A DNA stretch of 64,000 nt, from positions 1-64,000 of IMG/VR virus record IMGVR_UViG_3300037493_006316. The stretch is one strand, 5' to 3'. Source of the DNA: a virus. Both the position numbers and the translations under genes were made by a program. The notes beneath the pieces were generated by a model. The model made no database searches. It saw only the letters and a list, made by a program, of their open reading frames with translations, and had not been told where the DNA came from. Shown here one piece after another: positions 1 to 9,029 of the stretch (position 1 is its first letter; each line of letters begins with the position of its first letter).

Positions 1-158
1 TCGAGCGCGCGGTCGGCGCCGAGCACGTCGACGAAGGTGACGCCGGCCACCGCCGGCGGGCCATCGGGGATGACCAGCACGTCGGGGCCGGTGTCGTCGG
101 GGTTGCCGCACGCGGACAGCACCGCGCCAGCGAGAAGGGCGAACAGGACGCGGTGCAT
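1..158 (-). CDS. Putative lipoprotein (partial, runs off left edge)
   Basis: Manual translation MHRVLFALLAGAVLSAC|GNPDDTG: basic N-terminus, hydrophobic stretch, lipobox LSAC; GGAG upstream. Confidence 0.6.
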   Translation of the reverse strand, partial: MHRVLFALLAGAVLSACGNPDDTGPDVLVIPDGPPAVAGVTFVDVLGADRAL

Positions 159-855
159 GGGGGCTCCTTACGACAGGCGGAGGGTGTCGCCAAGGCGGCG
201 ACGGGCGGCATCGAGGGCGGCCTGGGCGGCTTCGACCTCGTCAAGGCCCATTCGTCGTCGGGAACGCCGGCGACGATCTCGGCCACCTGCGCGGATGTGA
301 GGCCAGCAAGGCGCTTCACAGCGCCACCAAGGGCCAGCGCTGCAGTGCGCGGGCGGCGATCCGGGAGCGCCTGCCGGCGCTGCTCAGCACGTAGGCGAAC
401 CGACCGTCGACCTTCTCGACGGTGACGGTGCGCTTGGCCTCGGTGCGAGGGTCCGGTCGCGCCGGACTTGGCCGGGTTCGAGCGGCAGGTGCTCGGCGAT
501 GGCCTGGGTGGTCTTCATTGCGGGCTCCGTGGGGAGGGGTTGGCCGAGGACGCGCGGACCGGGGCGGCGAGGCTCGGACGGCTCGACTCGAACAGGCTGG
601 GCCATGCGGTCGGTGGTCACGACGTGCTCCGGGGGTCACACGGCAGGCGCGAGCCTGCCGTGTCAAGGATGGCAAGGGCGGCCTCGAGGGCCGCGCGCAT
701 GGTGGGCTGGGCTGGCGTGGCCTGCGACAGGCGCGGCGTCCGCACGACGTAGCCGCCGGCGGCGCGCACGCACTCGGCGCCGGGGCCGACCAAGTGCAGC
801 AACAGGATGTCGCTGGGGCCGGTGGGTGGCAGGTAGTGCTTGCCGACGCAGGGGA

Positions 856-1119
856 TCACGAGGTGCTCCGCTGGGCGATCTCGGCCTCAGGCCAGAGGGT
901 CAGCTGGGCGGCCAGCGTGGCCGCGGCCTGCTCACCCTCGGCGCCCAGCTTGAAGGCGATGTCCTCGCCGCTGTCGAGCGCGATCAGCGGGCGAGAGGTG
1001 ACCTGAAGGACCATCGAGCGCGTCACGCGCTCGGCCTTGTGGCGCTGCCCGGCGGGCCAGCGCAGGATGACGATGCCGGCGCCGTCGCCGACCTGGCGGG
1101 TGGCGTGCTGGTAGACCAT
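856..1119 (-). CDS. Hypothetical phage protein
   Basis: ATG preceded by GGAG, same strand as neighbours. Confidence 0.45.
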   Translation of the reverse strand: MVYQHATRQVGDGAGIVILRWPAGQRHKAERVTRSMVLQVTSRPLIALDSGEDIAFKLGAEGEQAAATLAAQLTLWPEAEIAQRSTS

Positions 1120-1318
1120 GTGGTCTCCGGTGGGGTGGTGCGCGCGGCGGGCGCCTCGCCGCGCTGATGGTGGGGCCAGGGCCGGCCGGGGGCTTAGGCC
1201 CAGCCGCCGTTGCAGAGGTCGAGCAGGGCGCGGATCAGGTCGGTCAGCATGGTGGGCTCCAGAGCGCGTCGAGGTCCCGGTCGGCGCGGGGTGGTGGGCC
1301 GCCGGGGCGGCAGAGGAC

Positions 1319-1609
1319 TCAGGCGTCGGCGGGCAGCACGTCGATGGGCTGCGTGCGCCGGATCTGCGCCAGCGCTGAGGTCACGACCTCGCCCCACGCG
1401 CTGTCGTCTTCGCCGAAGGGCGGCCGAACCTCGCCCCGCAGGGCATCGAGGGTGTCGGGGCTGACGCGCAGGCGGCCGTCGACCTTCTCGGCGGCTTCGA
1501 GGATGAGGCAGCCGAGGTCGGCGGCCACCTCGGCGATCTGCGTGGCGACCGCGTCGGCGCGGTCTTGGCGGGCGTAGGCCGCGAGGGCCTGGGCGGGGGT
1601 GTGGGTCAT
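1319..1609 (-). CDS. Hypothetical phage protein
   Basis: Start MTHTPAQ after GGAG; protein-like composition. Confidence 0.55.
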   Translation of the reverse strand: MTHTPAQALAAYARQDRADAVATQIAEVAADLGCLILEAAEKVDGRLRVSPDTLDALRGEVRPPFGEDDSAWGEVVTSALAQIRRTQPIDVLPADA

Positions 1610-1668
1610 GCTGAGCTCCGAGCGAACGGGTGGGCGGGGCCTTTGACGGCGGCCCCCGACCGCGCCGA

Positions 1669-2208
1669 CTACTCGGCGTCGTGCTTGGCCAGCTCGGCCT
1701 GGACGTCGGACCACAGGGTCTGCATGTTGATGCGGAACCAGTCCGCGCTCACGACCCGGGTGATGAGCTTGGCGTCCAGCGCGCGGTCGCGCAGGTCGTA
1801 GACCAGCGCGCCCCACTGCACGCCGCCGCCCTCGTTGATGTGCTCGATCAGCTGGGCGCGCCAGCCGCTGGGGTGGTCCTGCAGCAGGGCCTTGCTGACG
1901 AGCCACAGACAGGCGTGCGGGCCCGTCTGGAACAGCACGTCGCCGTCCTCAATGTCGGCGCTGAAGCCGAGGTGCTCGTAGGCCTCAAGGCGGTCGAGGT
2001 CGGCGATCACGAGGTCGCCGTCGTCGTTGGTCTCGGCCCGCGCGCCCGCCTTGCGAACGGCCTGCTCGATCTCGGCGATGTCGTCGTCACCCATGTCTGC
2101 GAGGTCATCGGCGCAGATGACGACCTGGCCAACCTCAAGGCCGGCCGCGATCAGCTCGTGGGCGTTGAGAGCGAGAGCGGCGGAGGAGATCTGGGAGGGG
2201 GACATCAT
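1669..2208 (-). CDS. Acidic hypothetical protein, first gene after a repeated promoter
   Basis: Start MMSPSQ after GGAG; strongly Asp/Glu-rich. Confidence 0.65.
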   Translation of the reverse strand: MMSPSQISSAALALNAHELIAAGLEVGQVVICADDLADMGDDDIAEIEQAVRKAGARAETNDDGDLVIADLDRLEAYEHLGFSADIEDGDVLFQTGPHACLWLVSKALLQDHPSGWRAQLIEHINEGGGVQWGALVYDLRDRALDAKLITRVVSADWFRINMQTLWSDVQAELAKHDAE

Positions 2209-2255
2209 GGCGGGGCTCCGGTGCGGTTGGTGGCCAGGTCCGTCCTGGCCCCCCT

Positions 2256-2284
2256 GTTGTAACCGGGGGAGTAGCAACGCGCAA
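2256..2284 (-). promoter_or_regulatory. Repeated early promoter copy 1 (TTGCGC-17-TACAAC)
   Basis: Minus strand TTGCGC gttgctactcccccggt TACAAC; spacer conserved in other copies. Confidence 0.65.
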
Positions 2285-2330
2285 GATGAGGCCACGAAGA
2301 AAAGTGCAGACCGATGAAGGGGTGCACCAC

Positions 2331-2376
2331 AACGACAAAGCCGGCGCTGCGGGCGCGGGCCGGCTTGGGTGCTCGG
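2331..2376 (-). terminator. Probable intrinsic terminator
   Basis: AAGCCGGC...GCCGGCTT hairpin followed by TGTCGTT on the minus strand, after the 2386 ORF. Confidence 0.45.
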
Positions 2377-2385
2377 GGTCGACGG

Positions 2386-2805
2386 TCAGCGCAGGCGGCG
2401 CCAGTGGTCTGCCATTCCGCGGAGGGTCATCGCGCCCTCGAGCTCGGCCCAGCTGTGTCGCGCGCAGGTCAGCGCGCCCAGCTCGGTCCACAGGATCTCC
2501 TCCGCCCGCACGCCAGCGGTGCGGGTGCCGTCCGCGTTGAGCAGCAGCCACATCAGGCCGTCGCGGCTGTGGACCATGCGCACCAGTTCGAGGCCGAGGG
2601 CGAGAGCTTGGCGCCGCACCTCGGGCTGGTCTGGGCTCTCCGGCCCGGTGAGCGGTGGCACCAACAGGTGCGGCACCACGGGGCAGTAGCCGTAGGCGAG
2701 AGCCAGCCGGCCGAGCAGAGTCGCACGCTCGACGTTGCGCGCGACCTGCTCGGGGTCGGGGTTGCCGTAGGGCGCGGCGATGTAGCAGGGGCGGAGGCGC
2801 TTCAC
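2386..2805 (-). CDS. DUF4406-like (nucleoside deoxyribosyltransferase-like) protein
   Basis: YIAAPYG...NVERA...GYCPVVPH...TAGVRAEE pattern; GTG start overlaps the upstream stop. Confidence 0.6.
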   Translation of the reverse strand: MKRLRPCYIAAPYGNPDPEQVARNVERATLLGRLALAYGYCPVVPHLLVPPLTGPESPDQPEVRRQALALGLELVRMVHSRDGLMWLLLNADGTRTAGVRAEEILWTELGALTCARHSWAELEGAMTLRGMADHWRRLR

Positions 2806-3398
2806 GCGGTCACCCGCTCGAACTCGACCACCCACACCCAGGGGTTGTCTTCCCACCGCACGCCGGGGGCGTTGTAGGCGCCGCTCCACACGTGCGGCCA
2901 CTCCTCGAAAACGTGGACGCCCTCGGCCCTGATGTCGGCCAAACTGATGCTGCGGACGCGCTCGACGCGCACCGCGACGACGCGCAGGGTGAGCCGCGAG
3001 GCCCACCGCGGCATGTGGATCGACGGACGCCACTTGGGCGGGTCGAACTTGTCGCCGTACTCGTCAATCCCGCCGCGCAGGTCCTCAGGCGTGAAGTCGG
3101 CGCGATAGTCGACCACCGCGCTGTCGGGCCAGGGGTCGCGAGGCTTGGGGCGTTCGGCAAACTGTCGCCAGGCCTCCCGCACCCACAGCAGATCGCCGGG
3201 TGCGCCGAACGGGCAAGGCTTGCTCCACTCGCCGTCCTCGGTGTAGGCGCCAAAGCACTCAGGCCCGGGCCCGGCTTCGCCGTAGCGGTCGGTCACGACC
3301 GGGTGGTAGTCGCCCACCAACAGGCGGCTGACGTCCGGCACACCCTTGATGGGCCGGCGCGTCTGCATCTTGTGGCCAGCAAGGATGGCCTGGACCAT
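2802..3398 (-). CDS. Conserved phage protein (ASCH/PUA-like, QTRRPIK...WRPSIHMPRWASR family)
   Basis: Motifs MVQAILAGHKMQTRRPIK, GDLLWVRE, WRPSIHMPRWASRLTL, NPWVWVVEF. Confidence 0.75.
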   Translation of the reverse strand: MVQAILAGHKMQTRRPIKGVPDVSRLLVGDYHPVVTDRYGEAGPGPECFGAYTEDGEWSKPCPFGAPGDLLWVREAWRQFAERPKPRDPWPDSAVVDYRADFTPEDLRGGIDEYGDKFDPPKWRPSIHMPRWASRLTLRVVAVRVERVRSISLADIRAEGVHVFEEWPHVWSGAYNAPGVRWEDNPWVWVVEFERVTA

Positions 3399-4221
3399 AG
3401 CTGTAGTGGTTGCGGTACGGGTTGCCCCACCGGATGCCGGCCAACAGGGCGGGCGAATGCGGCCCCCTCAACTGGTGCAGGTCCGGCCAGCCGAGCGCGT
3501 GCGCCAGTCGGTTGACCTCCGTGTCGGTGAGGGCGCCAGCGAGGCGCAGAAGGTCGGTGGCGGTCATCGGCCCTCCTTGCGGCCCGTCTCGGCGTCCTCT
3601 TCGATGAGCAGCGCCAAGGCCTCGAGCTGCACGGACAGCGGTTCGGGGCTTGGCTTGTTGCGCACGGTCGCCGCGTAGGTCCGCAGCACGGCGGCGCAGG
3701 CCTTGTGCAGCGCGTACTCGTGCCGCTGGCGCTCCCGCTTCTCGACGTCGCCGATCAGGCCCCGAAGGCCAGCCTCGAGGATCTTGCGGGGCTGCGGGGC
3801 CGCCAGCATGACGGCGAGGGCCGCGCCCTCGGCGAAGGTCAGGATGCGGGCGACCGCCGAGCGGTCCATGGTGCGGTCGACGCCGGCAACCGGCAGGGAC
3901 AGCAGGAAGCGCTCAGCCTCTTCGGCGGTGATGGCGACGACGCCGGACGCTCTCGAAACGGTGACAGTCACGTGCTCTCCTTTGGGGTGGTGACGGGTGG
4001 CAGGCCCAGCTCGGTCCGCCACACCGCGGCGTCTTCGGGCAGGCAGATCGCCAGGCCCTTCAAGTGCGCGCCGACGTCGGTGACAGCGACGGCGCCGGGG
4101 CCAACATAGCGCCGCTGCGCCCGCATCAGCGGCGAGCGCGGCAGGAAGCCCGACAACGGGATCGGGTAGGGGATGAGCATGCGCCGGCGCTCGGGCCAGA
4201 CCTGAAAGCCCTGGTCGGCCA

Positions 4222-4857
4222 TCAGGCCGGCCCCTTCGGCGCGTCCGCGGCCGCCCGGCAGGCCTGCCGGATGGCCTCAGCGACCACCTTCGGGTCCTCG
4301 CCAGCTTCCAGGCGCCCGGCTAGCGCCCAGCACGCCCAGCGCAGGTCGTTGGCCTCGCTGGCCCGGGCGGCGGCCTTGGCCTCGGCGCGGTCGAGGCCCG
4401 CAGCAATGCAGGCAGCATCGGCGCGCTGGCGTTCCCCGGCGATGATCTCGCTGGCGGTCAGGCCGCCGCCCATCTCGATGCGGACGGTGGCCACGAGGTG
4501 GTCGCCGTCGCGCACGGGGTACTCGAGGAAGGCGGCCTCGTCGGGGTGCTGCTCGAGCTGATGCAGCACCCACCGGCCGATGACTGCACGGGCCATGATG
4601 TGCGCGAGGTCCGGGTCGGTCGTGCCCGCGAGCAGCTCCGGGGTGACGACGCGCTCGGCGGGCCGTTTCGCGTGCATGATGCGCGTGCGCATCATGCGGA
4701 CAACGATGTCGACAAGCCAGTCGTAGTCACCGCTGCTGACGCCGGGGCGGTCGATCTTGTCGAGGCGAGCGCCCTCGGCGCGGATCATGCGCCAGCGGGC
4801 GGCGTCGCCATGGAGGGCGTGATCTTCGGTCGTGGTGGGGATTTTGGGGTCAGCCAT
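4222..4857 (-). CDS. Hypothetical phage protein
   Basis: ATG start, coupled to neighbours, protein-like composition. Confidence 0.55.
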   Translation of the reverse strand: MADPKIPTTTEDHALHGDAARWRMIRAEGARLDKIDRPGVSSGDYDWLVDIVVRMMRTRIMHAKRPAERVVTPELLAGTTDPDLAHIMARAVIGRWVLHQLEQHPDEAAFLEYPVRDGDHLVATVRIEMGGGLTASEIIAGERQRADAACIAAGLDRAEAKAAARASEANDLRWACWALAGRLEAGEDPKVVAEAIRQACRAAADAPKGPA

Positions 4858-5029
4858 TAGCGGTCATCCCTCGACATCTCGTCGTCGTAGGACTCGACGC
4901 CGTGATCGTCGAGCTCCAACCTGACGGCCCACTTGCCGTCGGCGCACCACACCAGCATCGGCCACAGGGCCGGATCGCCTTGGTGGGCATCCAGGGCGAC
5001 CCATGCCTCAGGGGGGAACTCAGGAAACA

Positions 5030-6538
5030 TCAGGCCTCCAGGCTGCGGACAATGGCGTCCGCCATGCGGTTTGCGGTGTTGACGCCCCGCCAGACGCGCA
5101 GCGTCCGAGGGGTGCCGAAAGTCGTCGCGCACTCGGCGACGGCGCCCGGCGGCTCGTAGGCGGCAGGCGCGCTGCGGGCGCCGAAGCTGTCCGCCCAGAT
5201 CAGCGGGCGGGCGCTGGCCTTGGCCAGCATGACGAGGTCGGGCATGCCGTCCCCGTCACCAGCCCAGATCACGCGGCCGATCCGCCCAGCGGCCAGCAGC
5301 GGCGCCAAGAGCTCACCCACGGTGTCGTCGTGGGCCCAGGTCAGGCCGGCCAGCGGGCGGCCGATGGGGCGGTAGCCGTCGACCATCTGGCCGTTGCTGT
5401 GCACGATGACCGCCACGCGGTCATCAAGGCGAGCGGCCTCGACGGCGCTGGCGAGCAGGGCGTTGGTGACGCCAGCGCACGAGCCGCTGACGTCGACGAG
5501 AATGGCCACTACCGCAGGCTCGGCAGCCGCGCGACGGGCGCGGGCGAGGCGGTAGCTCCTGCCCGCCAGCTCGCGCACAAGGCGCGCGCCGTCGAGCTTC
5601 GGGATGGGGTCGCCGAGAGTGCCGAGGTCATCAGCAAGCCGGCGGATGGCGCGCACCACTTGGCCAGCCGCTTGGCGGGCCACAGGCATCTCGCGCTCAA
5701 TGTCCACCGGGGTCACCACAACCCCACCGAACGAGCGGCGGGTGGTGGAGGCGGCAGCGGGTGAGGAGGCATCCCCGCTGTCGTGGTCAGGCCGTGGCGC
5801 CTTGCCCCGCCGACGCTCATCCGAGGGCTTAGCCTCCCCCGGAGCCAGCTCCGGGGTATCGCTCTCGGTGTCGTCGTCGGGGGTTGCGCCGGTTTCGCCC
5901 TCACGGGCCTCCCGTCGCTCAGCCCCAGCTGCGGAGGGCGGGTCAGCCGGGGGCGCACCTTGCGGTGTCCCGTCGGCCTGACGTTCGCCTTGTCCGCCGC
6001 CGCGGGGCGGGGTCTGTGCATCGGTCACGTCCTTTGGGGGCTTGCCCCCACCTTGCGGCTTGGCGCCAGCCAAGCCAATCGTTTCGCCAGCGCAACCGCC
6101 GCTGCCTTCGTTGCGGGCGTCTTCGCGCTCGACCTCACCGGAGGCGCCGTCGCCCCCGTGAAGTTCACCATCGTCCGGCTCGTCGCCAGTTTCGGCGACC
6201 TCGTCGGTGCCCTTCGGGCGGGACTTCGGCGGCGCCACGGGCATCACCGGCTCCCGCCACCGGCCGACGCCAAGGCGGTCAACCGTTGCGGCGGGCAGGT
6301 GGTGCCAACAGCCGCCAGAGCGGTGGCCGCCCTCAGGCCGGCGGCGCGCCATGACGTCGCCCTCGCTGGTGCGGACGATGCTGCAGCACCAGCACCGCGC
6401 ACCGAAGCTGTGCACCGTGTCGTCAAGGGTCCGAACGAACGCCTCTGCCTGCCGCTCGATTTCGCTGGGCGCGTAGCGCTCGCCTGCAGGGCGAGCGCAG
6501 AGCCGGCGAAGGTCGCGATAGGTGAGAACGTTGGTCAC
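5030..6538 (-). CDS. VWA (MIDAS) domain protein with low-complexity linker; probable MoxR partner
   Basis: ILVDVSGS (DxSxS) and VIWAGDG motifs after a long acidic Gly/Pro linker; downstream of a MoxR ATPase. Confidence 0.7.
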   Translation of the reverse strand: MTNVLTYRDLRRLCARPAGERYAPSEIERQAEAFVRTLDDTVHSFGARCWCCSIVRTSEGDVMARRRPEGGHRSGGCWHHLPAATVDRLGVGRWREPVMPVAPPKSRPKGTDEVAETGDEPDDGELHGGDGASGEVEREDARNEGSGGCAGETIGLAGAKPQGGGKPPKDVTDAQTPPRGGGQGERQADGTPQGAPPADPPSAAGAERREAREGETGATPDDDTESDTPELAPGEAKPSDERRRGKAPRPDHDSGDASSPAAASTTRRSFGGVVVTPVDIEREMPVARQAAGQVVRAIRRLADDLGTLGDPIPKLDGARLVRELAGRSYRLARARRAAAEPAVVAILVDVSGSCAGVTNALLASAVEAARLDDRVAVIVHSNGQMVDGYRPIGRPLAGLTWAHDDTVGELLAPLLAAGRIGRVIWAGDGDGMPDLVMLAKASARPLIWADSFGARSAPAAYEPPGAVAECATTFGTPRTLRVWRGVNTANRMADAIVRSLEA

Positions 6539-6555
6539 GGGCGCCTCCAGGGGAC

Positions 6556-7482
6556 TCAGTGGGTGACGGGAAACAGGGCGATGCAGCCGAGGCGGTCCAC
6601 GAACGCGCCCACGGCCCGCGTCGCGGCCTCGGGGTCAACCTGAAAGGTGCCACGGTAGAGGCGACCCGTGGGGGTCGACGCAATGACGTGATCGAATCGA
6701 CGAGCGGCCTCGCCGCCGTCGACGACGACCAAGACGCCCCAGCCGCCGTGGTCGGCGCAGTAGAAGGTCGTGCCCACGACGGTGGGCGGCGCCGCAAAGG
6801 CGCGATCAAACCGCGGCTCGTCAGGCGTGCCATCGCGCACCATGCTCTGCAGCATGGCGCCCCCCACCCGGCGAGGGGTGCCGGTGAGGCACACAGACGC
6901 GGGCAGCGACACAAGCTCCCGCGCGAGGAGCGCCTTGGCGAAGCCGCCATCCAGGCGATCAATCTCCTGCGCAATGACCGAGGCCCATTTGTCTGCCGCA
7001 GCAGCGGCAGAAGGCGCCCTCAGGGGCCAGAACACAACCCGCCCAGTCCGTCCGGATGTGTCGATCTGGGCACCATAGTGATCGTCGACCGGCAGACCGC
7101 CGATGAGCGCGCGCAGGCGGACGATGGCGCCGAGAACGGCGCGCACATCCTGCTGACGGTCCATCCGCCCGCCGACCCACTCGTGGGCCACGGGCCGGCC
7201 AGCCAGGGTCGAGAAGCTCGGCTGGCCGGCAAGCCGACCGCCGTGCAAGGCGAGCCACAGCGCGATGGCCAAGCGCCAGCCCTCAGATACGTCACCGCCG
7301 ACGTCAGCGGTGACGCACAGCGTTTTGCCGAGCAACGCGAACCGCATGCCCTTGGTTCCGACGGCGGCCACCGCTTGGGCGCCGACCACGAGTCGGTGAC
7401 ACCTGGCCAACTGGTTGAACAACTCGCCGCGGTCGTCGCTGCCGGGGGCGGCGACCAAGTCAAACTTCCACGATTCCATCAT
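6556..7482 (-). CDS. Hypothetical protein between MoxR and VWA genes
   Basis: Start MMESWKFD after GGAG, just downstream of promoter copy 2. Confidence 0.55.
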   Translation of the reverse strand: MMESWKFDLVAAPGSDDRGELFNQLARCHRLVVGAQAVAAVGTKGMRFALLGKTLCVTADVGGDVSEGWRLAIALWLALHGGRLAGQPSFSTLAGRPVAHEWVGGRMDRQQDVRAVLGAIVRLRALIGGLPVDDHYGAQIDTSGRTGRVVFWPLRAPSAAAAADKWASVIAQEIDRLDGGFAKALLARELVSLPASVCLTGTPRRVGGAMLQSMVRDGTPDEPRFDRAFAAPPTVVGTTFYCADHGGWGVLVVVDGGEAARRFDHVIASTPTGRLYRGTFQVDPEAATRAVGAFVDRLGCIALFPVTH

Positions 7483-7524
7483 TGTCGACTCCGCTGGTTG
7501 GTGGCCGGCGCCGCCGGCTCCTTC

Positions 7525-7553
7525 TCTGTAACCGGACAAGTAGCAACGCGCAA
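7525..7553 (-). promoter_or_regulatory. Repeated early promoter copy 2 (TTGCGC-17-TACAGA)
   Basis: Minus strand TTGCGC gttgctacttgtccggt TACAGA. Confidence 0.6.
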
Positions 7554-7571
7554 CCCGCGCGCCTGAGGTTT

Positions 7572-8417
7572 TCAGCCGGCGGCCCGAGCCAGCCTGAGCT
7601 CGCCCCACACAGGGGCAGCAGCGTCGCGGCCCGTGAGCATCTGGTAGCCGGCCGGGCCTCGGGCCAGGCAGCTGGCCAGCACCGCACCCACGTCGCCGAC
7701 ATCTTCAGCCTGCTGAAGGGCGCGAACCGCGCGCCCCATCTCGGCGAGGGTCGGCACCGCGCCGTCCGCCTGGGCGGCGCGGTTGGCGGCGCTGCGAACC
7801 ACCCGGCAAAGGCCGGCGCTTGAGCCCGTGCGCTCGCGCAGCAGGCGCAGCTCGGTGGCCTCATCCAGCCGGGTGATCGGCACGCGCCGGCAGCGGCGCA
7901 GCAGTGCATCGCCGATCTGGCGGGCGCCGTTGCTGGTGATGACCACCAGCACGCGCTCGGCGCGCAGGCGAAGGTGGCGACCGGGCGCCACCGGAACGCG
8001 GCCGCTCTGCAGCGCATCGAGGAGCAGGTGCTCCACGCGCTCAGGGGCCTTGTCCAACTCGTCGATCAAGAGTACCACGGGGCCCTCCTCGGCGGCCTGG
8101 GCTGCCAGCGCAAGCACGCCGGGCTGGCGCACCGCCGAAGCATCGCCAGCCACCGCAGCGGCCACGTCGACGCCCACAAACAGCTCGTCGGCGTCGCTCC
8201 AGGCGTGCGCCTGGTAGGCGACCAGCCGGGCGCCGGTCGCGACCGCTGCAGCCTCGGCCAAGGCGGTCTTGCCGGAGCCCGGGGGACCCTCAAGCAGCAG
8301 GGCTGCGATCTGGCCGCTCCGCTGCTCGGCCAGCTGGCCAGCAAGGGCCAGCAACTCGGGGCGACGGGCGACGTAGCCGGCAGCCGCAAGGGCCGCACTC
8401 AGCGCAGAGGGGGTCAT
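7572..8417 (-). CDS. MoxR-family AAA+ ATPase
   Basis: Walker A EGPPGSGKT, Walker B LLIDELDK, ITSN...DALLRRC sensor/Arg finger. Confidence 0.85.
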   Translation of the reverse strand: MTPSALSAALAAAGYVARRPELLALAGQLAEQRSGQIAALLLEGPPGSGKTALAEAAAVATGARLVAYQAHAWSDADELFVGVDVAAAVAGDASAVRQPGVLALAAQAAEEGPVVLLIDELDKAPERVEHLLLDALQSGRVPVAPGRHLRLRAERVLVVITSNGARQIGDALLRRCRRVPITRLDEATELRLLRERTGSSAGLCRVVRSAANRAAQADGAVPTLAEMGRAVRALQQAEDVGDVGAVLASCLARGPAGYQMLTGRDAAAPVWGELRLARAAG

Positions 8418-8455
8418 GACGGACTCCAAGGGGGAAGGTGGCCGGGTATTCGCTC

Positions 8456-8632
8456 GCTTGCGCGAGCCGCCTCCCGGCAGGGCGACCATTTTAGAGTGTC
8501 GGCACTCTGAAAGTGGGTTTGTTTCAATGGGGCTCGGGTCTTGTCCCCGAGAGGTATTGTTATTTTGCGGGCACTGACGTCGGTTTTGGGATGTCTCAAT
8601 GAGCGCCACCCCGAAGGGCACCGGGCTTTCAC
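8456..8632 (-). CRISPR. Cryptic CRISPR-like mini-array with non-identical repeats (2 clear repeats, 2 spacers, degenerate terminal hairpin)
   Basis: Minus strand: GTGAAAGCCCGGTGCCCTTCGGGGTGGCGCTCATTGAGAC (8632-8593), 36-nt spacer (8592-8557), TACCTCTCGGGGACAAGACCCGAGCCCCATTGAAAC (8556-8521), 34-nt spacer (8520-8487), GTCGCCCTGCCGGGAGGCGGCTCGCGCAAGC (8486-8456). Repeat 3' ends are 72 nt apart; each repeat is a hairpin; spacers are 47% and 44% GC. Confidence 0.7.
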
Positions 8633-8667
8633 CGGTCCGCGGCGGGGGCCGCGGGGCCTTGCGAGAC

Positions 8668-8976
8668 TCAGGCCGCCTCCTCCCAGAGGTCCGGCAGGCA
8701 GTCCCAGGCGTCGACCGCCTTCTGCCATTCGAGGTGCGCCTCGTACCAGCCGGAGTCCTCTTCCTCGCCCTCGGCCAGGGCAAGGGCGGCCGTCTCATGC
8801 GTGCGCAGGGCGTCGGCGGCGGCCTCGAAGGCGGCCATGCGCTCGGGCTTCGCCAGCCCGTTGATGTGCTCGGCCTCGTCGGCCGACTCGCAGCTGAGAA
8901 ACTGCCGCTCGGCGGCGCGGGCCTTGGTGGCGGAGCCCTGGGCGAGCTTGATGGCGTTGCGGGCGAGGCTGTTCAT
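8668..8976 (-). CDS. Small acidic protein between promoter copy 3 and the mini-array
   Basis: MNSLARNAIK... 102 aa, AGGAG RBS, Glu/Ala/Trp-rich C-terminus. Confidence 0.65.
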   Translation of the reverse strand: MNSLARNAIKLAQGSATKARAAERQFLSCESADEAEHINGLAKPERMAAFEAAADALRTHETAALALAEGEEEDSGWYEAHLEWQKAVDAWDCLPDLWEEAA

Positions 8977-9029
8977 GGCGGGCTCCTGCGGTGGGGTGGT
9001 GGTCGCGGGCACCGCCCGGCGACACACAG

